Source: a virus. From it: a stretch of DNA of 56,872 bases. Where the stretch lies: positions 1 to 56,872 of IMG/VR virus record IMGVR_UViG_3300045988_079972; one strand, given 5' to 3'. The notes under the pieces were generated by a model that worked only from the letters and a program-made list of their open reading frames with translations, made no database searches and had not been told where the DNA came from. Positions within the stretch are counted from its first letter, which is position 1; the number at the start of each line of letters is the position of its first letter. A program made the translations under genes and the position numbers. This document shows positions 32,401-41,481 of the stretch, one piece after another.

Positions 32401-33219
32401 ATGAGAAAAAGTTTTTTTACAAAGATTGTAGCATTTTTAGGGATAGCAACTCTTGTTATCTCTAGTACCTATACTACATCTTATGCAGTATGTAATCACA
32501 GATGGGTTTTAGATTCTAGTTTTAGCGAAAAACCCACATGTTCTGAGGCAGGTTATAATTGGTATGATTGTTCTATTTGCGGCGATTCTAAGAAAGTGAC
32601 TGTTCCAGCGACAAGAATACATAAATGGACTGAATGGAAAGCTGATGGCTATTTATGTGAGGATGGAAAGTGGGAAAGATATTGCACTGAATGTTACAAA
32701 GAAGAAACAAAAGCAAGACAAGGTGATGGCTCACATTTATGGTCTAATTGGGAAGTATGGACAGAAGCTGACTGTTTAAACAAAGGGCAGGAAAGCAGAT
32801 ATTGTTATAATTGCTATCAAAGAGAATACAAGGATATTCCAGTTGATGACACGAAACATAATTGGAGCGAATGGAGCACAGGATGGGTATATTCTGCCGA
32901 GCCAACTATTTTTAAAGCAGGAAAGCAAACAAGATTTTGTTATACATGCTCAAAAGTTGAAGAAAAGAAAATACCTAAATTAAAGGCAACAGTTTCAATA
33001 TCATGCAAGAGCAAAACTTTAAAAGTAGGTGAAAAGCTGAAATTAAAAATAAAAAAAAGAACTTATCCCGATGTATTGAAAAAATGGACTACTGACAATA
33101 AAAAAGTTGCTACAGTCAATAAAAACGGAAAAGTTTTGGCTGTTAAAAAAGGGAAAGCTACAATAACTTTAAAAATGAAAAGTGGTTGTACAGCAACTTG
33201 CAAGATAAAAGTTAAATAA
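32401..33219 (+). CDS. Secreted protein: signal peptide, four Cys/Trp repeats, C-terminal Big_2 Ig-like domain
   Basis: MRKSFFTKIVAFLGIATLVISSTYTTSYA; repeats H.W..W...C...G....YC..C; KVGEKLKLKIKK...WTTDNKKVATVNKNGKVLAVKKGKATITLK. Confidence 0.75.
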   Translation: MRKSFFTKIVAFLGIATLVISSTYTTSYAVCNHRWVLDSSFSEKPTCSEAGYNWYDCSICGDSKKVTVPATRIHKWTEWKADGYLCEDGKWERYCTECYKEETKARQGDGSHLWSNWEVWTEADCLNKGQESRYCYNCYQREYKDIPVDDTKHNWSEWSTGWVYSAEPTIFKAGKQTRFCYTCSKVEEKKIPKLKATVSISCKSKTLKVGEKLKLKIKKRTYPDVLKKWTTDNKKVATVNKNGKVLAVKKGKATITLKMKSGCTATCKIKVK

Positions 33220-33241
33220 AACAAATATCATATAAAAACAC

Positions 33242-33268
33242 AAGACGGATTTAATATCCGTCTTTTTT
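33242..33268 (+). terminator. Rho-independent terminator
   Basis: AAGACGGA/TCCGTCTT stem followed by tttt. Confidence 0.8.
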
Positions 33269-33311
33269 GATGCAAAAAAATCATTAACCTTAAAAAGTTA
33301 GAGGTAGAATT

Positions 33312-33761
33312 ATGGCGTTTTCAAAGAGTAAAGGTCTTGTTTCCATTGCTACAGGATATAGCGGTGGAAACTACGAATACACAAAAATAGACCAATTCAT
33401 AGCGGCAGATAATTTGAGTATCACCGCTGACAGGGCACAGGATTTAGATAGTTATGTCAATGCAAACGGTCATTTAAAGAGAAATGTTTTAAAGCATATG
33501 CGTGATGGCATATCTTTTTCAACGGTCTATATGAATTATGACAAAAAAGAAAAGTTTATGACTATCATACGCAAAGCCATGAAACAAAAGGATTGTGCAG
33601 AACCGCCCGAAAAGAAAGTTCGTGTTAGGTACTTTAATGAATGGACTAACGATTACGAAACAGGATTTTTTTATATACCCGATGTTGAATGGAAATACGG
33701 CGGTACATATAAGGGAACACCTACCTATTTACCAACAACATTTGAATTTATCGAGTATTAG
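33312..33761 (+). CDS. Distal tail protein-like (putative)
   Basis: 149 aa; position between tape measure and Tal-like gene. Confidence 0.4.
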   Translation: MAFSKSKGLVSIATGYSGGNYEYTKIDQFIAADNLSITADRAQDLDSYVNANGHLKRNVLKHMRDGISFSTVYMNYDKKEKFMTIIRKAMKQKDCAEPPEKKVRVRYFNEWTNDYETGFFYIPDVEWKYGGTYKGTPTYLPTTFEFIEY

Positions 33762-33773
33762 CGAGGTGATAAA

Positions 33774-36365
33774 ATGCTTAATCTTACAGATAGCGAAAAA
33801 GAATGCTTTTACGGCAGAGGAACTTATTTTAATGACTATGAATTTAATTTTCCTGACTTAAATTTTACTATAGCAAACGAGACATTACATCAAGAGTCAG
33901 TAACAATTAAAGAAAGCATATGTGATAGTGAGGATTTACAACTTGGCGGCTGTATTGCATCATCGTGTGAGTTTGAAGTATCAGAACTTGTAGGAAAAGA
34001 ACTTGCAGGACTGGAATTTACGGCAAGATTATTAGTAAATGATGGCAAAGATGCAGTTGTACAAATGGGAAAATATCGTGTAGACAGTGCGAAGCGTGTA
34101 AATGACAAAGATTATCGGAAAATAACTGCTTATGATGCTTTATATGATGCTCAAATTGATGTTTCTGAGTGGTATAATAAAGTCTTTTATGTTGTATCAC
34201 AATATGAGGAATTAGTGGCAGTTGGCGATATTGACGATTTGTGGGAACATGGTGAATATACAATCGACAATTCGGGAAGTAAGCCCCCCGAAGTAGCTTT
34301 TTTCTTAAATGGTGCAGTACCCGAAGAAGCATATGACACAACATATCTTGATACATCAACAGGTAAATTGTATGAAGCACAAGATATTAACAAAGATGAT
34401 GATAGTAAGGACGAACTGTATCGTTGGGTTGAGATTTACCAATGCACAAGAAAGACAAAAACAAAGTACATTTACGCAACAACAACACTTAAGAAACTGC
34501 GTGAAAGTTTGCTAAATTATTTGAATATTCCTTTTGTTGAACAGGATATAATCAATGATGATATTACAATTTCAAGGACTATTGACACAAACGAAAACGG
34601 AGAACTGCTCGGAACGGATATGCTGAAATATATTTGTGAGGTTAATGCCGGTTTTGGCAAAATGAACAGAGAGGGAAAGTTTGAGGTCATTTCATTACTA
34701 AGCCCGGGACTATACCCGGAAGAAACATTATACCCGTCAGAAGAATTATATCCGGAAGACCATTACGAAGTCATTGCGAGTGATGAAAATTCAGCAAGCT
34801 ACATATCAACAAGCTACGAAGAATATGAGACAGAGGGCATCACGGGGATTATCATTAAAGGTGATAGTGATAATGTCGGGGAGCTTGCAGGCACAAAAGA
34901 TAATCCTTATGTAATCAGCGGAAATCCTCTTTTGTATGGCAGTACAGCCGAGAAACTAAAGGAAATAGGACAAAAAATTTATGAACAAATAAAAGGATAT
35001 ATATATCGTCCAAATACAACAACACTTGATGGACTTCCGTACTTGGAAACAGGTGATTATTTTGTATTGATAAAAGAAAACAGTGACGACATAGGCTCAT
35101 TCATTTTTTCTAGGACATTAAGTGGAGTACAAGCATTAAAAGACACTTATGAGAGCAAAGGAAACAAACTAAGAGTAAATGAAGATGTTCAAACATCAGA
35201 GCTAATGTATTTGCAATCAAGAACGGCTAAAATTCAAAAGAGTGTTGACGGCGTGTCGATTGAGTTGGCAAACTTAGACGAAAATACAAGCTCAAGATTT
35301 GAACAGACAGCAAGCAAAATTGAAGCTGAGGTAAAAAGAGCAAGCAACGCTGAGGGAGAACTTTCGGGCAGGATAACTGTTACAGCCGACCAAATAGCAC
35401 AGGAAGTAACAAGGGCAAAAGCCGAAGAAGCAACTTTAAGCGGTCGAATTACTGTTACGGCTGGTGAAATAACACAGGAAGTATCAAGAGCGACAAGTGA
35501 AGAAAATACGCTGCGTGCTTCAATTTCCTTAAAAATAGATAAAGACGATGACGGTCAAATTATATCTATGATAAACGAAAGTGCAGACGTAATCACTTTA
35601 AACTCTAACAGGTTGGTTGTGAATAGCACCAATTTTACTTTAGATAGAAATGGTGCAGGTTCAATAGGTGGATGGCAATTCGGAAAAGGATATATGTATT
35701 CAGACGGAGAGGCATTCATTTCGACACATTCAAGAACAAATTACTATAACTGGGATGGGTTCCCTTATAAAGCATCTATAATGCAAGGAAAACTTATATG
35801 TGGAATCCAAAGCGGAGCTTTAGACGAGGCTATTCCTGATACGACAAGGGGATATTGTGATTTTTCAGTTGCCGGAATTTTTGCTAAAGATAAAAAAATG
35901 AGCAGCGGGTATCTGTTTGCTGTGGGAGTTGAAAATGGAGTTGTGACAACAAACACAGGAGCATTTACGGCATCAGACAGACGATTAAAAACAAATATAA
36001 CTGAAATAGATGAACAATATGCCAATAATCTGATAGACGGATTGAAACCATCAACATACACAATGATAGATGGCAAAAGAACCCACAGCGGATTTATAGC
36101 AGATGAAGTTAAAATGACTGCTGAGAAAGTTTTGGGTACAGTAGATGATTTTGCAGCATATGCAACAGTTCAAATTGATGAAGATAAAAAAGACTATGCT
36201 GCATTGCGGTATGAGGAGTTTATCGCACCTCTGACGAAATATTGTCAGTGCTTAAAAAGAGATTTGAAGCAGGAAACAACGAAAAATCAGCAGTTACAAT
36301 TTCAGCTTTTGAACTTACAAAGCGAATTTACGATATTAAAACAACAACTTTTAGGAGGTAATTAA
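33774..36365 (+). CDS. Tail-associated/minor structural protein with C-terminal Peptidase_S74 intramolecular-chaperone domain
   Basis: 863 aa; repeats ELSGRITVTADQIAQEVTRA / TLSGRITVTAGEITQEVSRA; C-terminal SDRRLKTNITEID...HSGFIADEV. Confidence 0.8.
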   Translation: MLNLTDSEKECFYGRGTYFNDYEFNFPDLNFTIANETLHQESVTIKESICDSEDLQLGGCIASSCEFEVSELVGKELAGLEFTARLLVNDGKDAVVQMGKYRVDSAKRVNDKDYRKITAYDALYDAQIDVSEWYNKVFYVVSQYEELVAVGDIDDLWEHGEYTIDNSGSKPPEVAFFLNGAVPEEAYDTTYLDTSTGKLYEAQDINKDDDSKDELYRWVEIYQCTRKTKTKYIYATTTLKKLRESLLNYLNIPFVEQDIINDDITISRTIDTNENGELLGTDMLKYICEVNAGFGKMNREGKFEVISLLSPGLYPEETLYPSEELYPEDHYEVIASDENSASYISTSYEEYETEGITGIIIKGDSDNVGELAGTKDNPYVISGNPLLYGSTAEKLKEIGQKIYEQIKGYIYRPNTTTLDGLPYLETGDYFVLIKENSDDIGSFIFSRTLSGVQALKDTYESKGNKLRVNEDVQTSELMYLQSRTAKIQKSVDGVSIELANLDENTSSRFEQTASKIEAEVKRASNAEGELSGRITVTADQIAQEVTRAKAEEATLSGRITVTAGEITQEVSRATSEENTLRASISLKIDKDDDGQIISMINESADVITLNSNRLVVNSTNFTLDRNGAGSIGGWQFGKGYMYSDGEAFISTHSRTNYYNWDGFPYKASIMQGKLICGIQSGALDEAIPDTTRGYCDFSVAGIFAKDKKMSSGYLFAVGVENGVVTTNTGAFTASDRRLKTNITEIDEQYANNLIDGLKPSTYTMIDGKRTHSGFIADEVKMTAEKVLGTVDDFAAYATVQIDEDKKDYAALRYEEFIAPLTKYCQCLKRDLKQETTKNQQLQFQLLNLQSEFTILKQQLLGGN

Positions 36366-36366
36366 C

Positions 36367-36612
36367 ATGGTAAAATTAAATAAACAAACTACAGTGACAG
36401 GAGTGAGTGTACTGACTATTGACGGAGAGGAAAAACAGGTTGCGTACATGAACGCTTCAATTCCAGTCGGTGGTGCACCTAATATCAGTCGTGCTATTCA
36501 GAATGTAGAGTTGTTCAATGCAAACAAAGAGGAAGTGTTAAAAGACTTTGCGGCATTTGACAATTATGTATATAGCCTTATGGAAACAGAGGAAACAAAA
36601 ACAGCAGAATAA
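36367..36612 (+). CDS. Hypothetical tail-module protein
   Basis: 81 aa. Confidence 0.5.
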   Translation: MVKLNKQTTVTGVSVLTIDGEEKQVAYMNASIPVGGAPNISRAIQNVELFNANKEEVLKDFAAFDNYVYSLMETEETKTAE

Positions 36613-36625
36613 GAGGTGACGCACG

Positions 36626-38077
36626 ATGGCAGTAATAAAGGTTTACACCCGAATAAATTGGCTTAATAAGTCGGAAAGTCTGACAACACCGCTTGGTAAA
36701 ACAAACTTAAATAAGATGGATAAAGCAATAGACACTATAGACAACGAAGTAGTATCTATTTCAGCGACTGCGGAAAGTCTTGATACAACAAAAGCCGATA
36801 AAGACCAGCTTAACAACATGGTAACTGATATATCTTTTAATGACAAAAACGGTGTTATCAGTATAACAAAATATAACGGTACAGTATTGAATATTGATAC
36901 CGCAATGGAAAAAATAGCCGTAAACTTTGAGTATGACGCACAGACACAACAGCTTATACTTACACTTGAAAACGGTGAAAAGCAATACATTGATATGTCG
37001 GCTTTGATTACTCAGTATGAGTTTAAAGGCACTGATACGATAGCTTTTAGCATTGATAGTGATGGAAAAGTGAATGCGTCTATTAAACGCGGCAGTATAA
37101 CAAAAGCTATGCTGTCAAGTGAAGTTATGTCGGCTATAACATTATCAGAAAGTAATGCGGTTGCATCGGCACAGGCGGCGGCTCAATCGGCTACAAATGC
37201 TGATATGGACGCTAAGCTATCTCAGTCGTACAGCGTTGGTAAGAGTGGTATTCGTGACGGGGAAGATACTGACAATGCAAAATACTATTCAGAGCAGGCA
37301 GAAAAATTTGCGAAAGAAGCAGAAGATATTGTTGGCAGTAATTTTATAACTCAAGCTGAAAAAGGTGTTGCAAATGGTGTAGCTGTATTAAATGCTAACT
37401 TAGCAGTTGAAAAAGCGGTGGCAGATGAAGATGGTAACAACATTCAAAATACATATGCTAAAAAGACAGAAATAGGAGAAGTTATAGAAGTTGACAGCAA
37501 GTTATCGACAACAAGCACAAATCCAGTACAGAACAAAATAGTAACTGCTGCGATTAACAGTGCAAGCCGACAGGCAGATGTTGCGAACGGTACATTAGCT
37601 CAGTGGCAAGAACAAGGTAGAATACCAAATGGCATTGTAAACAACCTTGTTACGACCGAAGAGGGATATGCACTTGATGCAAGACAGCTAAATAAAAGTG
37701 TGGTGGGCAGTTTCGCCGAGAGTGTTGATAAAAGTATCTCTGCATTAAACAATGCCTTAAAACCATTCACATTTATAAATGTTGCTAGTGGAACCCGAAA
37801 TGTTATAGCATTTTATAATTCAATTACAAAAATGATGTTTGTGAGTTTTAATTATAGTATAGCTCGTGTAAATGAACCAACAAGTCTAGTTATACTTAAC
37901 GACAATGCTCATACCATAGATACTGATAAATATAGATTTCCCGTTAGTGCTTGGGATGGTACAACCGGAAATATAGTATTATCGTATGGATATGTATCCG
38001 GACAAAACATATGCATATATGCTCCGCCATGCAATGAATTTAATGCTTATGCTGCATTTTTTTACCATTGCAAATAG
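36626..38077 (+). CDS. Tail fibre / receptor-binding protein
   Basis: 483 aa; N-terminal INWLNKSESLTTPLGKTNLNKMDKAIDTID pattern, common in Bacillota phage fibres. Confidence 0.7.
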   Translation: MAVIKVYTRINWLNKSESLTTPLGKTNLNKMDKAIDTIDNEVVSISATAESLDTTKADKDQLNNMVTDISFNDKNGVISITKYNGTVLNIDTAMEKIAVNFEYDAQTQQLILTLENGEKQYIDMSALITQYEFKGTDTIAFSIDSDGKVNASIKRGSITKAMLSSEVMSAITLSESNAVASAQAAAQSATNADMDAKLSQSYSVGKSGIRDGEDTDNAKYYSEQAEKFAKEAEDIVGSNFITQAEKGVANGVAVLNANLAVEKAVADEDGNNIQNTYAKKTEIGEVIEVDSKLSTTSTNPVQNKIVTAAINSASRQADVANGTLAQWQEQGRIPNGIVNNLVTTEEGYALDARQLNKSVVGSFAESVDKSISALNNALKPFTFINVASGTRNVIAFYNSITKMMFVSFNYSIARVNEPTSLVILNDNAHTIDTDKYRFPVSAWDGTTGNIVLSYGYVSGQNICIYAPPCNEFNAYAAFFYHCK

Positions 38078-38113
38078 TATTTAACTCTATATTGATTTTA
38101 TATAAAGAAAGGA

Positions 38114-38473
38114 ATGACTATTATGAAAATCAAATTAAAAGACAACACGGAACTTACAGTAACAGATGCTTGCACATCAACATCAATAGTAGCTGAATTT
38201 ACATCAGCTGAGGAAATTGAAGATTTCAGAAAAAAACTTACAGACGAAAATTTATCATCTTTTGCATATGTAAATGACGACGGAACGATAGTAGGAGAAT
38301 ATAAAAACTGCACTTTTACAAATGTCACTTATGCAGAAAAAGGCGGCAAGTTTACGGCTACATACAACATCCGTCAGTACAGTGACATGGAAGTAAGATT
38401 AAATGTACTGGAAAAAGAACAGACCTTACAAGGCGATGCCATTGCAAGTATGTCAGAAACAGTATATTCATAG
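38114..38473 (+). CDS. Hypothetical protein (fibre-associated)
   Basis: 119 aa. Confidence 0.5.
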   Translation: MTIMKIKLKDNTELTVTDACTSTSIVAEFTSAEEIEDFRKKLTDENLSSFAYVNDDGTIVGEYKNCTFTNVTYAEKGGKFTATYNIRQYSDMEVRLNVLEKEQTLQGDAIASMSETVYS

Positions 38474-38487
38474 AAAGAGGTGATAAT

Positions 38488-38610
38488 ATGAATGGAATTG
38501 TAAAATTTTGGGCTTACAGAATAGGCTTTGATTTGTCGAGGATTGATGAAGTCCCAAACAAACTTAAAACACCAGTCAGCGAATACATAGCCCAAAGCAT
38601 GGCAGATTAA
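38488..38610 (+). CDS. XkdX-like miniprotein (tentative)
   Basis: 40 aa, hand-translated; RBS agaggtgataatATG. Confidence 0.35.
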   Translation: MNGIVKFWAYRIGFDLSRIDEVPNKLKTPVSEYIAQSMAD

Positions 38611-38757
38611 GTCACAAAATGTCGAACTATAACAGCCAAATCCTCTTGTTTCCCTTATCCTCAAGCCGTACAATAAACTTGTCAGAAGTTATCTGACAAC
38701 ATCAAGTTTTGGCAAGGGGCGGTGTAATTGGCGTTGCACTGCCCTGCATTGAGGGGA

Positions 38758-38786
38758 TTGACATAGAAGAACGGTTGTTCTATAAT
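38758..38786 (+). promoter_or_regulatory. Consensus sigma-A promoter
   Basis: TTGACA(38758-38763), 17 nt, TATAAT(38781-38786). Confidence 0.7.
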
Positions 38787-38804
38787 ATGTCGTAGGAGGG
38801 TTAA

Positions 38805-38924
38805 ATGGACGAGATAAAGAAAGAAATTTGTGAACTTGTAAACCAAATTGACAACGAAAAGATTTTAAAACTTATAGCAGGCTTTGTAAAAAGTGGCTAT
38901 AAAGAGGAACAGGCAGGGAAATAA
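38805..38924 (+). CDS. Hypothetical 39-aa peptide with its own promoter and terminator
   Basis: RBS taggagggttaaATG; MDEIKKEICELVNQIDNEKILKLIAGFVKSGYKEEQAGK. Confidence 0.5.
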   Translation: MDEIKKEICELVNQIDNEKILKLIAGFVKSGYKEEQAGK

Positions 38925-38941
38925 AACCCTGCCTTTTTTTG
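38911..38941 (+). terminator. Rho-independent terminator
   Basis: AGGCAGGG/CCCTGCCT stem followed by ttttttt. Confidence 0.8.
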
Positions 38942-38954
38942 TTTGACAAACTTT

Positions 38955-39329
38955 TTAATCAATAAACTTTTCAAAAAAATCACATAACACTTCTTTTTTA
39001 TCTGTTGATAACTTATCATACTTTATAATGAATTTCTTAAATCTTTCATCATGCAATCCTATTTTCATCACAATATCTGAGTATTCATCGTCGGTATCTT
39101 CAAATTGCTTTTCTTCTATCAAGTCGGTCATTCCTATATTGAAGTAATCCGCAATCTTTCTAAGTTTTCCAGTACCAGGAAGTGAATTACCTTTACACCA
39201 CATATTTAATGTTGTTGGCTTTTCATTCAAGTCTTTTGCAACATCTATCTGTTGCTTCTGATTTAAAGCTATATATTTGTTTAAGTTTTTGGCAAATATA
39301 CGCTTTGTTTCTTCCCTATCATCTGTCAT
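38955..39329 (-). CDS. CI-like XRE-family HTH repressor (no S24 peptidase domain)
   Basis: 124 aa; FAKNLNKYIALNQKQQIDVAKDLNEKPTTLNMWCKGNSLPGTGKLRKIADYFNIGMTDL; divergent from the Cro-like gene. Confidence 0.8.
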   Translation of the reverse strand: MTDDREETKRIFAKNLNKYIALNQKQQIDVAKDLNEKPTTLNMWCKGNSLPGTGKLRKIADYFNIGMTDLIEEKQFEDTDDEYSDIVMKIGLHDERFKKFIIKYDKLSTDKKEVLCDFFEKFID

Positions 39330-39373
39330 AGCTATCCTCCTTTCATTTTGTATTATATAACAAAATTAAAAAA

Positions 39374-39439
39374 AATTCAATATAAAATCCAATTATTTTG
39401 AATTTTAGTCTTGACAATTCAATGTGATTGAATTATAGT
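39374..39439. promoter_or_regulatory. Genetic-switch region: rightward promoter with AATTCAAT half-site operators
   Basis: TTGACA(39411-39416), 17 nt, TATAGT(39434-39439); 19-bp palindrome AATTCAATgtgATTGAATT (39416-39434); further half-sites at 39374-39381 and 39397-39404. Confidence 0.7.
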
Positions 39440-39470
39440 TGTATTATCAAATCAAGAAAGGAGTGGTTAG

Positions 39471-39674
39471 ATGCCGAAGATTTCTCTTGAAGCAGTAAGA
39501 GTAAATGCAAAAATGACACAGAAAAACTGGGCTAAATTGCTTGGTGTTTCGGTAGCAACAGTGATTAACTGGGAAAAAGGGAATACTGAGCCGAGCTTAT
39601 CTCATTTGAAAGAAATGAGCCGTTTATCTGGTATTCCAATGGATTTTATTTTTGTACCCGATAAATCCAATTAA
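39471..39674 (+). CDS. Cro-like XRE-family HTH protein
   Basis: 67 aa; MTQKNWAKLLGVSVATVINWEKGNTEPSLSHLKEMSRLSGIPMDFIF. Confidence 0.8.
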   Translation: MPKISLEAVRVNAKMTQKNWAKLLGVSVATVINWEKGNTEPSLSHLKEMSRLSGIPMDFIFVPDKSN

Positions 39675-39705
39675 ATTGAATTTTAAAGGTCGGAAAGGAG
39701 ATAAA

Positions 39706-40452
39706 ATGAACGATTTAAAAATTTTCAATAATGAAGAGTTTGGAGAAATCCGAACAGTAGTAGTAAATGAAGAACCAATGTTTTGCTTGACTGATATTTG
39801 CAAAGCGTTGGAAATGAGCAACCCGACAATGGTTGCACAGAGATTGGATGATGATGAACGCACTAAGTTAGACTTAGGGCGTCAGGGAGAAACAAATTTC
39901 ATAACAGAAAGCGGTTTATATGCAGTCATATTGAGAAGCGATAAACCGAATGCAAAGAAGTTTCGTAAATGGGTAACATCTGAGGTACTTCCATCAATCA
40001 GAAAAAACGGCGGTTACATAGCAGGACAGGAAAACATGACGGATGATGAACTCATGGCAAAAGCACTTATGGTGGCACAGAATAAGATTGCTGAGAGAGA
40101 CAAACAGATTGAACGTATGAAACCAAAAGAGATATTTGCTGACGCAGTATCGGCTAGTGAAACATCAATCCTTGTCGGAGATTTAGCAAAGCTGATTTCT
40201 CAGAACGGTTACAAAATCGGACAAAAGAGGTTGTTTGAATGGTTAAGAACGAATAACTTCCTTATTAAATGTGGTTCATCAAGAAATATGCCACAGCAGA
40301 GGTTTGTTGAACAGGGATTGTTTGAAGTCAAAGAAAGCAACATTCAGAACCCCGATGGCAGTGTGAGAATAACACGCACAACTAAGGTCACAGGCAAAGG
40401 GCAGATTTACTTTGTTAATAAGTTTATGCAGAAGTCAGAAGTGGCGGTATAG
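39706..40452 (+). CDS. Antirepressor (BRO-N plus KilAC/ANT domains)
   Basis: LKIFNNEEFGEIRTVVVNEEPMFCLTDICKALE...FRKWVTSEVLPSIRKNGGY, then a KilAC-like C-terminal half. Confidence 0.85.
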   Translation: MNDLKIFNNEEFGEIRTVVVNEEPMFCLTDICKALEMSNPTMVAQRLDDDERTKLDLGRQGETNFITESGLYAVILRSDKPNAKKFRKWVTSEVLPSIRKNGGYIAGQENMTDDELMAKALMVAQNKIAERDKQIERMKPKEIFADAVSASETSILVGDLAKLISQNGYKIGQKRLFEWLRTNNFLIKCGSSRNMPQQRFVEQGLFEVKESNIQNPDGSVRITRTTKVTGKGQIYFVNKFMQKSEVAV

Positions 40453-40466
40453 AAAGGAGATAAAAC

Positions 40467-40712
40467 ATGGATAAACAGAGATACGGCATTGTAGACAAAA
40501 CAGGTAAAAATATTATTGTTAAAAAAGACAATGCCCGCTACATCGGTATTGATGAACTGGTACAGCATATAGCAATGGATATTATCGAGGATTATCAGGA
40601 CATAATAAAAGGCGATAAGAAAATTGATGAAACAAACATAAAACTGTCAATCAAAGTTCTTAACGCCATAACCCCAGTAGTTGAAACTTTTAATAGTGTT
40701 TCACGCTACTAA
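40467..40712 (+). CDS. Hypothetical protein
   Basis: 81 aa, RBS aaaggagataaaacATG. Confidence 0.6.
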   Translation: MDKQRYGIVDKTGKNIIVKKDNARYIGIDELVQHIAMDIIEDYQDIIKGDKKIDETNIKLSIKVLNAITPVVETFNSVSRY

Positions 40713-40760
40713 ACAAGTGTGATATTACAACTTAATACGAAAGGAAAGTGAGGTTAAAAG

Positions 40761-40985
40761 ATGAATGAGCAGACAAAGACATTGAAAGAAACAATGTGCA
40801 AAGATATTGATGGAGCAAACTTCTTCTTTAAATACCACAGAAACGGACAGGAGATAGATAAGCTGACAAAAGATGTGTTAAATCTTATCGCTGAACACTC
40901 CATGACCGTTTCTGAAATTAAAGGTTTCTTGGAATATATGAAAATTATTGTGGATAATCGTTCATATCTTCCTCAGCGGAAATAA
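40761..40985 (+). CDS. Hypothetical protein
   Basis: 74 aa, RBS gtgaggttaaaagATG. Confidence 0.6.
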   Translation: MNEQTKTLKETMCKDIDGANFFFKYHRNGQEIDKLTKDVLNLIAEHSMTVSEIKGFLEYMKIIVDNRSYLPQRK

Positions 40986-41175
40986 CCTTGATTGAAGTTT
41001 CTCCAAACGCTTCATTGTCGGGTATTTCTTTGGCAGTCTTGAGTATCGACAATACTTTGGCAGAGTAAGGATATTCAAGATTACAGTTAGGACAAATTAT
41101 CTTGTCAGTATCAATATTTTCGTTTACAGAATACTTGCAATGACAAGCACAGGAAATTTGAAACTTTAAAAACAT
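40945..41175 (-). CDS. Zn-ribbon miniprotein (isolated minus-strand gene)
   Basis: Start refined to MFLKF (RBS agaggtg); CACHCKYS...CPNCNLEY. Confidence 0.55.
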   Translation of the reverse strand: MFLKFQISCACHCKYSVNENIDTDKIICPNCNLEYPYSAKVLSILKTAKEIPDNEAFGETSIKVISAEEDMNDYPQ

Positions 41176-41240
41176 GGTGTTCACCTCTTTTCTATATTGA
41201 AGATAGAGGAATTATATCACAGAAAGTGAGGAATATAAAT

Positions 41241-41336
41241 ATGTTCGTAAACCCGTTTATTTTAGGAATTTTGGCAACTTTATTCACGGAGATGGCTTTG
41301 TTCATTGTTTGGGCGTGGATTTCAAGTAAAAAATAG
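41241..41336 (+). CDS. 31-aa hydrophobic peptide (single TM helix, C-terminal SSKK)
   Basis: Hand-translated MFVNPFILGILATLFTEMALFIVWAWISSKK; RBS gtgaggaatataaatATG. Confidence 0.4.
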   Translation: MFVNPFILGILATLFTEMALFIVWAWISSKK

Positions 41337-41349
41337 AAAGGAAAAAGAT

Positions 41350-41478
41350 ATGAGTAAGATTGTTACCGATATAAATGAATTATCAGTTTTTGAAATAGAA
41401 CAGTTAGCAAAAGTGCTGAGGTTTGAACTTGTTATTAACAACGGTAACGAGATAAAGATTGTTAGAAAGGAGAAATAA
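41350..41478 (+). CDS. Hypothetical 42-aa protein
   Basis: Hand-translated; tightly spaced between neighbouring ORFs. Confidence 0.35.
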   Translation: MSKIVTDINELSVFEIEQLAKVLRFELVINNGNEIKIVRKEK

Positions 41479-41481
41479 TAG

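Noticed and set aside
38805-38924. An arbitrium-like (AimP) communication peptide
   Set aside because: There is no signal sequence, no AimR-like TPR receptor gene nearby, and the peptide is hydrophilic and helical.
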